The notes beneath the pieces were generated by a model. The model did no database searches. It saw only the letters and a list, made by a program, of their open reading frames with translations, and was not told where the DNA came from. Source: Octopus bimaculoides (Eukaryota). From it: 64,000 nucleotides of DNA. The DNA lies in assembly GCF_001194135.2 (NCBI RefSeq), contig NC_068982.1:134297153-134361152 (forward strand), read 5' to 3'. Numbering within the stretch: position 1 is the first letter of the stretch; every line of letters starts with the position of its first letter. A program made the translations under genes and the position numbers. Positions 1 to 12,879 of the stretch are shown piece by piece.

Positions 1-65
<65 letters not shown>

Positions 66-100
66 TGCATGTCTGTATGTATGTATCTATGTATGTATGT
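1..100. repeat. (CA)n followed by (TATG)n microsatellite
   Basis: Direct inspection of the sequence. Confidence 0.95.
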
Positions 101-1660
101 ACATTGGTGATGAAAATGGAGTCATAATTACTTTCTGACTTACAGCTTTTACAAATTAGTAAGGCTGAAGTTTAGACTGCTTTGTGATTTGAAGAGGAGC
201 TTTCATTATTTTCATGTTGAGAATTAAGAATTTCTGTCAGAGAAGTTTTGCTAAGAACCCCCTAAATATATTTCAGAATTTCACCCTGATGTTTCAAGGA
301 CAGTGTGTTATAGTTGTTGTTTTTTAGTGACAGTACTGGAAGGTATGTAACAATTACTTGACTGTTGTTACTATAAACATGCATACATACACACACGGAT
401 TTTCTAAAATATTTATCATAGCTATGCCTTTTGTACAGAATATCTCCAGTTTCACCAGTCATGTAGCATATCTACATTCAAATTTAAACATCCTGTCATA
501 CAATATAATTTACAGCTGAAAATTTTAGGTGTGTCATGTCACCTAAAGACATTATTATCTAATACGAGTATGCTATATACTAAACTGTCTTTCCTGTCAA
601 ATTTAGTTCTACATTACAAGCAAAAATCACAAATAGCTGTGAGCCTGTTCTGCCTTATGACTAGAAGTGTTTAACTACATTGACTGGAAGATCCTTTATA
701 AAACCAGAACTTAATATTAACTGATCAAAAAGATGCTCCATATCTCACTTGAAAATCTTTATCTTTTAAAAAGCCTAAGAACCTTCAGTGACTGTATAAA
801 TCCCAAGAGTGAAACTTTCTCATCATGTCCGCATTTTACAAAGTATATTTTAGAAGGAACTAAAGGTAAACCACCAGGTAGACTATAACCCAATCCTCTC
901 ATAATAGCTTGCCTATATTTGCTATATTTGTATGTGTTTAATAACGTACGTAATACAGAAACACACACAGTCAGAGAGACGTACACACTCATACACCTAC
1001 AAACATACACTCAGAGACACATACACACTCATATATGTGATGTCCTCGTCGTTGTGGTATAAAACGTCCTTTACTATCTCATATGTATCGAACGCATGCA
1101 CACACACACATAAAGTGAAACAATATTATAGTCTTATCACATTAGAATTGAAAGTGAAAGAATAAAAGTGAAACAATATTATATCACACAAGGAAATCAA
1201 TTTGTAGACTGAAATTACAAACCCCATTTCAGTGCATAAAGCCATAGAAGAAAAGAGGCTATGTGAGCCACTTTAGGATATCTTTTTTCTAACGCATAAA
1301 TGCTCAGTGGCATGTTTGAATTCTCATTGGTTAGTAATGAAGGCTTATTGGCTGTATCACAATAGTTTTTGATAGAGGAAGAAATTTAAATAGTGTACTT
1401 AAATAGATGGAGTGCAAAAAATTTTTAATAAATAAAGTAATGTTCTAGGGAGAACACACAAATAGCATGAAGTCAAAGATATTTATGCACGACTGAGAGA
1501 GAGTGAGAGAGAAAGAGAGAAAGAAATAGACAAAGACAATAATGAGAAAATGTTAAAAGCATTTTACAAGAAAGTATTTATGATAGTATTCAGAACGGGA
1601 CTACAAAAAGTATTATGATTCAATAAAAATCATGTTTGTTTGGTAGTATATATATACACA

Positions 1661-1798
1661 GAAGGCAGGATCATTAGCACGCTGGGTGAAATGCTTAGCG
1701 ATATTTCGTCTGCCATTACGCTCTGAGTTCAAATTCTGTCAAGGTTGACTTTGCCTTTCTTCCTTTCGGGGTCAATTAAATAAGTACCAGTTACACAC
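1661..1798 (+). mobile_element. tRNA-derived SINE (octopus OR/Ceph-type family), partial
   Basis: Shares the core 'gaaatgcttagcg..tttcgtctg..ctgagttcaaattc..gactttgccttt..cctttcggggtc..taaataagtaccag' with many other copies in the window (7157, 11505, 19690). Confidence 0.85.
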
Positions 1799-2966
1799 AG
1801 TTGCCTTCTCCTGGTGATGATGTTTCTTGTGCCTTTCCTGTTAAAGGGTGTGAGTAAGTGTTTCAAGCACCCTCTCATGGTACCATAAAGACTATAGTTG
1901 TCATTCACAAGTGAGCATGACCTGATAGCATGTACTATGGCTTTGCAATAAAACTTCTTGCCTAAGACAAAACAATGCATCAACTGGTCCAGAAATCACA
2001 TCCATAACATTATGATAGCAAGTCCAACATCTGCATTGAGAATATAATGCAAGGAGCTTTATTGGACTTTCAGATCTATCAGTGGAAGGCCACTCTGCAA
2101 GTTTTATTTGTAAATGAAATCAATCTGAAAGATTGTAATGAAGGAGAATTTCAAAGCTTAATCTCCGGACTAGACAAAAAAATGTTAATCATCTTCATAA
2201 TGGAGGTTGAAAAAAGTAAGATCATATGAACAGTGTTAATAAATAGCATTGCGTTCAGTTACAGAAGGCTGGAAGTGGGGAATAGCATCAAATAATCTGG
2301 ATCTATTCTACCCCTTGATGGGGCTTTAAACAAATTACTACAAACAAGACATTTTTTTTTTTTTTTACTTGAAGGGTCTGGAGGAAAAGGTAATGCCCAT
2401 GGCCTTCACACATCCTCTGAGACTGGTGAGAGTCGCATCTTTAAACTGGTGCAAATCAACACTTGCAGGAAAAAATATGAGTAGGGAAGGAATTCCAGAA
2501 GGTCAATATTCAGGGTACAAATTTTTAGGTTTATTTATATTGTTGATCCATTACATTCTTTCAATACCAATACAAAAATAACCTGAATATAAACCAATGA
2601 ATATCTTATCTCTAAATTCATCATCATCGACGTTATCATCATTATCATCATCATTAATGCTCACTTACCCTTATTTTCATGGATCAGACAGAATTTATTG
2701 GGGCAGATATTTTCTACAACCAGTTGCCCTTCCTGTCACCAGCCCTCACCTGTTTCCCAGCAAATTATTATTTCTTCATGGCCAGACATGTTTCCACAGG
2801 ATATTGGAAATAAATGACACTACATGAATAACAGTGACACTTATTTGCAATTATCATGCAATTTCAAAGGTATCACACAGTGGGACTGAACTCAGAACCA
2901 TGTGATTGGGAAACAAACTTCACAAGCAAATTACACAGCCACAATTCTTTCTGTTAGAATCATTAA

Positions 2967-3178
2967 CTTTTTAGCTTTCAGATTTCTTTGTCAAATGTAA
3001 TGCTTATTTATTCAAATTGTTTTAAATTAATCATGCATTGTCTTGTAGCTTCAATGATGTGTTTGTATACTTTTAGAATGACACAGCAGGGTAGGTGTGA
3101 GAGATTGGATCTGGTGAGTTTTAACAGAAAACAGGTAGAATATTTGTGCCAAATATGGCCTGATTAAATGCTAAAGGG
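2967..3178. mobile_element. piggyBac-like MITE (TTAA-flanked)
   Basis: TTAA at 2963-2966 and 3179-3182. The right end 'aatgctaaaggg' is the inverted match of the decayed left end 'ctttttagcttt'. Confidence 0.6.
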
Positions 3179-3770
3179 TTAAGGATAATAGAGTGATATC
3201 TTTCCTAAGATGGTTGAAATAAACATCAGAGATACTTTACCCCCGACAAAAACTACAGAAGCTACTCACAGCTATTGCAAGCTCTTCTGGTGGTGACTAA
3301 AGACATTGTAAAGCTGGAAACTCTTCAGTATCATCAGCAGGAATTTCAGGGTTACAAGGATTTCAACTCCTACCTTGCACATTTCATCTGAGTGAGGCTA
3401 TGAGGACTGAATTAGTCATCACCAGTGGAAGGGTTCTATATGTATTCTTATGCTACTCGTAGCAATTTTGAGCTGGTTTCAGGTACCGTGCTTGTTTCCT
3501 TGGTAGCTTTCTTTAAATTGAATAGGAGCACTGACCCAGTTGACTCCAAAGGTTTGTGATATGCTAGAAGCTTTGTATTTATAAGATATTATAAATACTC
3601 ATACTGTTTTCATAACTGAGCTAAAATATCAAAGCTCACATTTGCTCCATTGTCACCAGTAGAATGTACTCTGAAAAATTTCTTTTGTTGCCACTGAAAT
3701 ATCTGTTTAAGTGAACCAGACCCCTCTTCCTGAGTGACACACTGCTAGGAAGATAAAATTTACTGAATTA

Positions 3771-3803
<33 letters not shown>

Positions 3804-4561
3804 TGTGTGTGTATGTGTGGTAGACAGACGTATCTGGAGGCAGCCACCATTTAAAGTATTCAATACATTGAGTATAGATATACTTATCTATAATAATAAC
3901 AATGTGTTTATTATATTCAGTGCTCAGGTGTACCACACTAATAAGTTGATAAATAACTTTGACAAGACGGCCAGTGTTTCTTCTGTAACCCATCAGAGTA
4001 AGAGACGAATACTTAATGAAAAAGAAAAAACAAAAAAAAAACAAAAAACAAAAGTACTCCAACGAGTCATTTATTGATTAAATAAATAAATACATGTTCT
4101 CTGTTTTGTGTATTGAGTACTTTACTGAAACTGGGTTTATCTGTTTCAACAACCACGTATATACACACACATCAGTGAGTATCAGAGAAAAGAATACGGT
4201 GGCACATATTTGACATTGAAAGAAGGAAAACTTAAGTAGCACACGAAAGCGGATATGAATGAATCAGATCATTCTGTGAAACTCTTTTTTTCTCCTGTTG
4301 TTGTTTTCCCTCTGAACATAAATCCTCTGAAGATCAATACTACTGTGAAAATAACACTGATCTGTCAATATTCTTTTATATATAGATTAATGCAAGAGCT
4401 ATGGTATGTAAGCCTTTGGATAATAAAGTTGATAAATTAGGGTAAGCATATATCCCTAGTTTCCAGAATATGTCCCGGATTCAGGCGTCAAAATTTGAGT
4501 TTGGGAAGAACTTCTCCTAAAGTCCAGAATTTCAGCTTCCATCACTTAAATGTGTGTGTGT

Positions 4562-4600
<39 letters not shown>

Positions 4601-4619
4601 TGTGTGTGTGTGTACATGG

Positions 4620-4975
4620 ATACACCTTTTGTCTTTTACTTGTTTCAGCCATTAGATTGAGGCCATGCTGGAGCACTGCTTTAAAGAATTTTTAGTTGAA
4701 TGAATCTACTCCAGCACTTATTTTTGTGAAATCCGGTACTTACTCTATCAGTCTCTTTTGCTGGACCACTAGATTACAGGAACATGAGCATACCAGCACC
4801 CGTTGTCAAGCGGTGGTGGGGGACAAAACACTCACGACAGGCTTCTTTCAGCTTCCGTCAACAAGATCCACTCACAACGCTTGGGCTGGCCCGATTCTAT
4901 TGCAGAAGATACTTGCCCAAGGTGCTAGGCACTTGCCTGGAACCATGTGCCTGGAACCACACAGCCACGCCTGCG
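4620..4975 (-). mobile_element. tRNA-derived SINE, family A ('gtggtaagtagcttgcttaccaaccacatgg...' type), decayed
   Basis: Reverse-strand similarity to copies at 8845-9215, 33280-33680 and 41077-41240. Confidence 0.75.
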
Positions 4976-5084
4976 CATACATATCGGTAACAAATCTTGA
5001 AATAAACTGAATAATCGCATACATACGTAGTATTGAAAGTTGCCATAGTCAGAATTGAAACAAGAGCTGAATATTATTATTAAG

Positions 5085-5330
5085 GTAATCTTCCAGTTTC
5101 GAGGGGTAAAAGAAATATTCAAGGGAAATAACTTCAGTCTTATATGTATAGAAATATATATCGTCCTATTAAGTTGCTGTATGTATGTAAATTTACGTGT
5201 GCAGTATATATATATGGTAATCTTCCAGTTTCGAGGAGTAAAAGAAACATACATACACAAGCATATATATNNNNNNNNNNNNNNNNNNNNNNNNNNNNNN
5301 NNNNNNNNNNNNNNNNNNNNNNNNNNNATA

Positions 5331-5361
<31 letters not shown>

Positions 5362-5482
5362 CTGCACACGTAGATTTACATACATACACCAACTTAATAG
5401 GACGATATATATTTCTATACATATAAGACTGAAGTTATTTCCCTTGAATATTTCTTTTACCCCTCGAAACTGGAAGATTACC
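5085..5482. repeat. About 130-bp near-perfect inverted repeat flanking an N gap
   Basis: 5085-5215 is the reverse complement of about 5350-5482 with a few mismatches. Gap at 5271-5327. Confidence 0.8.
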
Positions 5483-6228
5483 TATTATTAATATAGTCTA
5501 CCGACTAAGTTAGGGATTCCTAAGATTTCGAAGTCCGTATTTGTGGTTTGTGATTGTTCAGGTATGACAACTTAATGATAAATCAATAACTTTATGAGTC
5601 GGATAAATATAGTGTTTAAAGGGAAGCAATCCTAAAACTGTTTTCTAAAGTTATTTCCCTTTACCTTTGTTTTTAAATTACGGAGATGTACTTGCATAGC
5701 AAGTGACCTGATCTGAGATCGTGTGCTGGAACGAAAACAACTGCAGCGTGGAAGGTATTTATAAGCCATTTAAAATAACACACAAAATCCGTTAGATTGA
5801 ATTCAACATTTAAATTTAATTTGTCAAAATATTTTCGTCGCTTTGAGACCACGACCTGTTCACTGACAAAATTCTCTGCTGGTTTGACGAATGTGTTCTA
5901 AGCATATATTTGTCGCTTTTCGCAGCTCCTACTGATCATTCTCCTCCGTGCTTTCAAAGTATGAGTAGTCATGTAGCTTTTCTACAAGAACCTGTTCTGC
6001 CTCCTCCTTTCTTTCATACTTAAACCCCTCACGCCTAGCATAAGGCTGTCATCCTTATTTCTCAGGTTTTATAGTCTTGCAAATTGCATGGCAACCTAGT
6101 AATGGTGCCATGAAAAAAGCACTTAGTACACACTGTAAAGTGGTCAGCGTTAGGAAGAGCATCCAGCCATAGAAACCGTGTTGAAGTAGACACTAGTGTG
6201 CGATGCAGTCTTCGAATTCTTGATACTA

Positions 6229-6361
6229 CTTAAATACAGACGTCTCGACACATCTACGTAACCCTAAGCCTAACCCTAAACTTAACTAACCCTAACCCTA
6301 ACGAGGGTGCACTGTAAAAACATATCGTTACGTAGATGCATCAGGACCTCTGTATTTAAGT
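6229..6361. mobile_element. MITE-like element with ~35-bp TIRs enclosing telomere-like (CCCTAA)n repeats
   Basis: acttaaatacagacgtctcgacacatctacgtaac (6229-6263) matches the reverse complement of gttacgtagatgcatcaggacctctgtatttaagt (6327-6361). The interior contains several taaccc units. Confidence 0.7.
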
Positions 6362-6458
6362 TATGCCAGATTCTTTGGGTCCTGTCAAATCATACAACCC
6401 TTGCCAGTGTGTAACATAGACTTTAAATGATGATTATCATGATGATCATGATGATATA

Positions 6459-6975
6459 CATCATCGTTTAACATCCGCTTTCCATGCTAGCATGGGTTGG
6501 ACGATTTGACTGAGGACTGGTGAAACCAGTTGGCTACACCAGGCTCCAATCTGATTTGGCAGAGCTTCTACAGCTGGATGCCCTTCCTAACGCCAACCAC
6601 TCAGAGAGTGTAGTGGGTGCTTTTACGTGTCACCCGCACGAAGGCCAGTCAGGTGGTACTGGCAACAGCCACGCTCAAAATGGTGTTCTTTATGTGCCAC
6701 CCGCACAAGAGCCAGTCCAGGAACACTGGCAACGATCTCGCTCGAAAATCCTTACACATGTCATAGGCACAAGTGCCAGAAAGGCGACGCTGGGCAAAGG
6801 TGCCATCCCGATTTCGCTTTCGCTTGCCCCAATAAGTCTTCGCAAGCTGAGTTTTGTGTCCAATGAAGGAGACAACGTTGGCATGGGTGCCAGTCGTCGA
6901 ATTTAGTTCGATTTCAATTTCACTTGCCTCAAAAAGTCTTCGCAAGCAGAGTTTAGTGTCCAATGAAGGAAAGGT
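6459..6975 (-). mobile_element. RTE-tail repeat with (CAT)n tail ('catcatcgtttaacgtccgctttccatgctagcatggg' family)
   Basis: Same element recurs at 9805, 10243, 30827, 35240, 52720 and 57490. The supplied ORFs 6520-7002 lie within it. Confidence 0.85.
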
Positions 6976-7154
6976 ATAGATATATACACACATGATGGCC
7001 ATTTACCCTGTAATAATGGAGTAAAGCAGTTGATCCAACCCATATTATCCAGGTTATGATCCAATACCATTATTTCAATGCATTAGCAAATTACCTCTAA
7101 ACTACTCACTTCTGAGGACTTCCTTAATTGCTTATTACTTTCTTCATTCTAAAG

Positions 7155-7510
7155 CGGCGAGCTGGCAGAAATGTTCGCATGCCGGGCGAAATGCTTAGCG
7201 GTATTTCGTCTGTCTTTATGTTCTGAGTTCTAATCTCGCGGAGGTCGACTTTGCCTTTCATCCTTTTGGGGTCGATAAATTAAGTACTAGTTACGCACTG
7301 AGGTTGATCTAATCGACTTAATCCCTTTCTCTGTCCATGTTTGTCCTCTCTATGTTTAGCCCTTTGTGGGCAATAAAGAAATAAGAAACGTTTGCACGCA
7401 GGGTGAAATGCTTAGCGGTATTTTGTCTGTCTGAGTTCTGAGTTCAAATTCTGTCGAGGTTGACTTTGCCTTTCAACCTTTCGGGGTAGATAAATTAAGT
7501 ACCTTGTGCC
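7155..7510 (+). mobile_element. Tandem pair of OR/Ceph-type SINEs
   Basis: Two consecutive tRNA-like heads 'gcgagctggcagaaatgttcgcatgccgggcgaaatgcttagcgg' and 'gcacgcagggtgaaatgcttagcgg', each with the same core. Confidence 0.85.
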
Positions 7511-7882
7511 TAGTGTAGAAAAGATTATTTTCCTTATTAAAACACAAAACTGATCTTTGAATAGAATAAATTGTTTGAATATATACCTTTATGTTTAATA
7601 AAATATTAAGGCCCAGGAACAAACATTTGACTCATATATTCACAAACAGTGTTTGATGTTTTACTGTGGCCATTTGACACCAAACGAAGTAGAGATCCTG
7701 CCTTTGATGTCAAAACCATGTTAACATCTGTTAGGCAGCTGACGAAGACATTTCCCCAGTTGTGTTATACTGGATTTCATTCGATAATTCTGTTTGTTGT
7801 TATTGTCTGCTAGTTTGCTTTCTTGTTGTTTACTTATATTTTGTCATGATGTACTTCAGTAGGATTATAGCAGTCCTTAGGG

Positions 7883-7964
<82 letters not shown>

Positions 7965-8369
7965 GAGTGTGAGCAGTGTTTCTACATTTAATTTTACTTT
8001 ATCACATTTTCCTTATAATCCTAAAGAGTTGATTGATAGTGAATTATATGATAACAGTCTTTAATTCATAGTAGAATTAAATGGTAAACAGGAAATATAT
8101 TTACTGGAACACTTGAAGAAATTATGTTAGCATACTGATTATAAAGTTTGGCAGCTTTCCAGAATTGAGTTACAAAATGTAATGTACCTTTATGTGGATT
8201 CAGTGCAAAATATATTAATAAACAACACTGATCATCAGTTAAATCTGAAATATTATCAAAATTTCACGATGATGATGATGATGATGATGATGATGAAGAT
8301 GATGGCGACGACGACGACGATGATAATAATAATAATAATAATTACACAAGAAGGGTCTACACAATCAAT

Positions 8370-8830
8370 TTCCATGTAGCCACAGCAGAAATTGCTGGAA
8401 AAAATAGGTGGGATCGGCTGATGAAAGGAACCCTAAAAAAAGAGACCAAGGGCACTATACTGGCAGTGCAGAACCAACCTTTTGTCACGAACTGGAGGGT
8501 CAACCTTAGGAATGAGCAAGTGCCTCCGCTGTGCCACATCTGCAATAGGGTGGATGAAACCATTGCCCATATCACAAACAAATGCCCTAGACTTGCCCCA
8601 AACCTCTACAAGTTGTGGTGACATGACCAGGTAGTGAGAGTGCTACATTGGAAACTGTGCGAAAAGTGGGAGCTAGAGAGAGGTAGGACATGGTATGAGC
8701 ACAAACCACAGAGAGTGGCAGAGTTGGAGACTAGCAAAATCCTCTGAGATTTCCCAATCCAAACAGATCAGGTGCTAGAGCATAACAGACTGGACCTAGT
8801 GGTGGTGGACAAGGTGCACCACATGCTGGG
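8370..8830 (+). mobile_element. Decayed non-LTR retrotransposon, C-terminal CCHC knuckle plus restriction-like endonuclease (R4/Dong-like clade)
   Basis: Translation with internal stops: ...CHICNRVDETIAHITNKCPRLA..Y..*HDQVVRVLHWKLC..WYEHKP..KIL*DFPIQTD..HNRLDLVVVDK. This matches the RLE motif pattern (RHD..LHW..W(D)F.IQTD..HNRPD) from established knowledge. Confidence 0.85.
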
Positions 8831-8844
8831 GCACTGCCTTTAGT

Positions 8845-8986
8845 CAAGCAAACTGACCCTAGGACTTATTCATTGTAAGTCTAGTACTTATTCTGTCCAT
8901 CTCTTTTGTCGAAGTTATGGGGATGTAAACACACCAGCATCGGTTGTCAAGCAATGTTGTAGGGACAAACACAGACTCACAAATAT

Positions 8987-9052
<66 letters not shown>

Positions 9053-9215
9053 GACAGGCTTCTTTCAGTTTCCGTCTACCAAATCCACTCACAAGGCTTT
9101 GGATGGCCTGAGGGTATAGTAGAAGGCACTTGCCCAAGATGCCATGCAGTGGGACTGAACCCAGAACCATGTGGTTGGTAAGCAAGCTACTTACCACACA
9201 GCCACTCCTGCACCT
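8845..9215 (-). mobile_element. tRNA-derived SINE, family A, with internal CA/TA microsatellite
   Basis: Reverse complement of 'gcaggagtggctgtgtggtaagtagcttgcttaccaaccacatgg...ggtagacggaaactgaaagaagcc'. Confidence 0.9.
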
Positions 9216-9804
9216 AATGTCTAATTTTGTATATACTTCCACTTTATTTATATTTGAAAAGTTTTCTACTTGTTTTAAATTGCAAAGTCTTTCATCAGAT
9301 CCTCGCTATGACACAACAAACACTTTGAAATTATATTTCCGATCATATAAACTGCTTTGAATATTACTTTAGCAAGTTTAAAGTAATTTCTTTTGTGCCA
9401 TAAACCATTTACCATATCTGTAGTAACCCCCCCCCCCACTGATGCCCTAAGCATGTACTTATTTTACTTATTGGTTAATCTAGCACTGGCACTTCTGCCA
9501 CATACACTGACATCTTGGATTGCAATCAAGGACAGGTTACCCAGCTGACTGGCATCCAGTCACTAATGGACACATTCCAGCATCTAGCTGTCTCTTACCT
9601 TTGTCTTTTTTTATCTCTACCACAATGGTCTCTACTCTTTGAAGCTGGCTGGTCTTATACCTCCATCACTTAGTCACCCATGTCTCAATCATCTCTTCGC
9701 CTCTTAGCATCCTTGGTGCATCTAAATACTTTTTCGTTACACTAGCCATTATGCCCAGTCCTTCATCCCTGAAACATTTCCCACTGGAATCCACCCACTA
9801 CACT

Positions 9805-9957
9805 CTTGGAGTGGTTGGCGTTAGGAAGGGCATCCAGCTGTAGAAACTCTGCCAGATCAGATTGGAGCCTGGTGCAGCCATCCAGTTCACCAATCCTCAG
9901 TCAAATCGTCCGACCCATGCTAGCATGGACGGCGGACGTTAAACGATGATGATGACG
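9805..9957 (+). mobile_element. RTE-tail repeat fragment
   Basis: Reverse orientation of the 6459 family, ending in '...ggacgttaaacgatgatgatg'. Confidence 0.85.
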
Positions 9958-10242
9958 AATCTCTTCCCTGCTTACATCTTTCATGCAGGTGTTGGCTTGT
10001 AGCAGTTTAAACCAGACATTAATGGCATCACTCACATTAGTCTCAGAAGGCCTGCAAGGGTCACAGCATCTGTCCCTTTCCTCAAATTCAACAAGTAAAC
10101 ATATGAACACACAGACACACACACACACGCACACACTGTTCCCATAACATCTTTTGCTATATTTTTTTGCAATATACATTGAGCACCATACTTTAAATAT
10201 TCAAAATAGAGTGAAAATAGTAGGATAGACAGGTAAAAATCA

Positions 10243-10745
10243 TCATCATCATCGTTTAACGTCCGTATTCCATGCTAGCATGGGTTGGACAATTTGACCG
10301 GGGTCTGGGAAGCCAGGAGGCTGCACCAGGCTCCAATCTGATCTGGCAATGTTTCTACAGCTGGATGCCCTTCCTAATGCCAACCACTCCGTGAGTGTAG
10401 TAGGTGCTTTTTACATGCCACCGGCACAGGGGCCAGGTGAGGCTGGCAATGGCCACAATTGGATGGTGCTTTTTACGTGCTACCGGCATGGGTATCACAA
10501 CTACAATTTCCTTTTGATGTTGATGTACTTGACTCAGTAGGTCTCCTCAAGCACAGCAGGTTGCCCTACGATCCAAGGTACTTTTGAATGGGCTGGGGCT
10601 GGTTATACAAAACTGGTGTAGGATACAGCTGTGAACTCACTTTATTTGCCGGGTCTTTGCAGTCACAACATATATCCAGAGGTTTCGGTCTTTTGTCATT
10701 GCCTCTCTGAGGCCCAACGTTCGAAGGTCATGCTTCACCGTGCTT
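10243..10745 (-). mobile_element. RTE-tail repeat
   Basis: Begins 'catcatcatcatcgtttaacgtccgtattccatgctagcatggg'. Confidence 0.85.
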
Positions 10746-10929
10746 ATCCCAGTATCATTCCTCAGATATACAGACATATGCAAGTATACTCACATATACA
10801 AACATATATTCATCATATTTCTAACCAGCAGAAAGTCACAAAAATGACTCAATGGCCAAAACTTTTGTGCATACACCACTTGCTAAACTGAGTTTGTAAA
10901 TAGAATGAATGAAACTCTTACCCTTCGAG

Positions 10930-12345
10930 TCACTATTGTAACTTTCTGTCACTCCAAAAGAATACAAGGCAGTGACAGGACCAAAAATGAACCAAGGTAA
11001 GTCAGTGGGCCTGCAGCACCATGCCATCCAACAACATTGTGGGATGCTGAATAGAGGAATGAGCTAAATTGCTTGGGGTCTGGTTTGGTCCAGATGTACA
11101 GTTAGAGACTTACTGGGATGAGGTGATGACCATGGTGACCAATCTCACCCAGAAATGGACTGAGAGAAAGCTGTTCCTGAAAAGTTGGACAGAGGTAGCG
11201 AATGCTTACATTGCATCCATCATATATTACCACCTGAACATCATATACCTTGCCCTAGTTTATGTCTGACCAAACTGTTCATTAGGCTTGCCTGAAAGTG
11301 ATGAAACAGTTCTGTACACTCTTGTCTAGTGCCTGAACATTGCTGACTTGTGAGTTTATGTCGAACACCTACTGTCACATGTAGGATAGATTCAGCTATT
11401 GGCTGAGTTCATTGCGAAGATTGTTCCACTGCCTTCGATTTGGCTGGGAAGGGCAGATAGTGTTGCTTTGTCTGGTGGCTTTAGTGAAAGAGGTTGTGTA
11501 GTAAAGCAGCGAGCTGACAGAAACGTTAGCACGCCGGGCAAAATGCTTAGCGATATTTTGTCTGTCTTTACGTTTTGTGTTCAAATTCCGCTGAGGTTGA
11601 CTTTGCCCTTCATCCTTTCGGGGTCGATAAATTAAGTACCAGTTATACACTGGAGTCGATGTAATTGACTTAATCCTTTTGTCTGTCCTTGTTTGTCCCC
11701 TCTATGTTTAGTCCCTTGTGGGCAGTAAAGAAATAAGAAACATTAGCACGCTGGGCAAAATGCTTAGCGGTATTTCGTCTGTCTTTACATTCTGAGTTCA
11801 AATTCCGCCGAGGTCGACTTTGCCTTTCATCCTTTCGGGGTCGATAAATTAAGTACCAATTGCATACTGGGGTTGATCTAGTTGACTGGCCCCCTAGAGT
11901 AGAAAAGAAAGAGGTTGTGTGGTGAACCAGATTGAAAGGGCTGAAGACAGATACTTTCCTCATTGGCTTAGCTCTCATCAACTTTTTCAAGTTTTACTTG
12001 AAAAGGAAAGTGAGGGCAGAGAGAGAGAAGTACTGACCCCACCCCCACCAGCAATTTTGTTGCAAGGTGGGTGAGTGTGGCAAGAATGGTATGAGTGAAC
12101 AGGTCTACTCTAAACATGCGCCAGTAGACAATGTGTAGAGGTTACTTGTCCTAGTGGTCAAGGTTTTGGAGGGTTTCCATGAGCAGCCCTAGGTAGTCTC
12201 CTTCTTTTGAGGTATCATTCTTTGTTAAAATTTATATATTTGTAAATTTTACTTTTTTATACACCTTTCATGTAACCCCACATTGTATTGTCCTGTACTG
12301 GCCCCAACGTTTTTTATGAACCTCTAGTGATTAATAAAGAAAACA
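10930..12345 (+). mobile_element. Decayed Tx1/L1-like LINE 3' portion, interrupted by a SINE dimer
   Basis: ORF 11069-11269 (LGVWFGPDVQLETYWDEV...WTERKLFLKSWTEVANAYIASIIYYHL) resembles the post-RT region of L1/Tx1 ORF2. An AATAAA-type 3' end lies near 12332. Confidence 0.65.
11500..11906 (+). mobile_element. SINE dimer with 14-bp target-site duplication
   Basis: gaaagaggttgtgt at 11486-11499 and 11907-11920 flanks two OR/Ceph-type SINE units. Confidence 0.85.
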
Positions 12346-12879
12346 TTATTAATTCCATTTATTCAATCATATATTGAGTTCTCTTTATCCTATTTGTTCC
12401 ATCCATCCATCCATCCATCCATCCATCTAGATAGATAGATAGATACATTTCTTTTATTAGCCACACAGGGCTCAACAAAAATGGGACGAATACAATGTAG
12501 AGCTTTTCTTTTTGGGAGGGGGAATGAAAAAAAAAGTAGGGGTGGGTGTCGATCAAAAGGGATCGAGAAAAAGAAAAAAAAAAGGCGATCAATAGGGATC
12601 GTGTATCACAGTAATGTTCTCGTGTAAAAAGAGGGGAGGAAGATAGATAAATAGAGACAGAGAGAGAAAGAGATAAATAGATAGATAAAATAGTATTTTG
12701 CGCTATCTTTTTGGTATTCTAGTAGTCTTTTTCCTTTTTGTTTTGCATCTATGTTTGCTTTTGTTTGTATGTGTGTGTACAAGACACGCGTATTAATTAA
12801 TATTGAAATTTAATGTATCTATTGTTTGATTGTTTTTTTTTTCCTTTCCTTATTTTCTTTTGCTTGTTTAAATGTATAA

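Noticed and set aside
2375-2425. Plus-strand 51-nt phase-1 exon candidate (SGGKGNAHGLHTSSET)
   Set aside because: Isolated, with an AAG acceptor after a poly-T run, no partner exons and no recognisable homology.
5085-5482. Long inverted repeat as a biological palindrome
   Set aside because: It is centred on a gap and TA microsatellite, so a scaffolding or haplotype artefact is more likely.
5835-5872. Possible hammerhead in a Penelope-like end (minus strand)
   Set aside because: Core nucleotides are degenerate (no CUGANGA or GAAA), so at best a dead remnant.
6520-7002. Overlapping 64-128 aa ORFs, similar to those at 35147-35550
   Set aside because: They lie inside a multicopy RTE-tail repeat, so they are not host genes.
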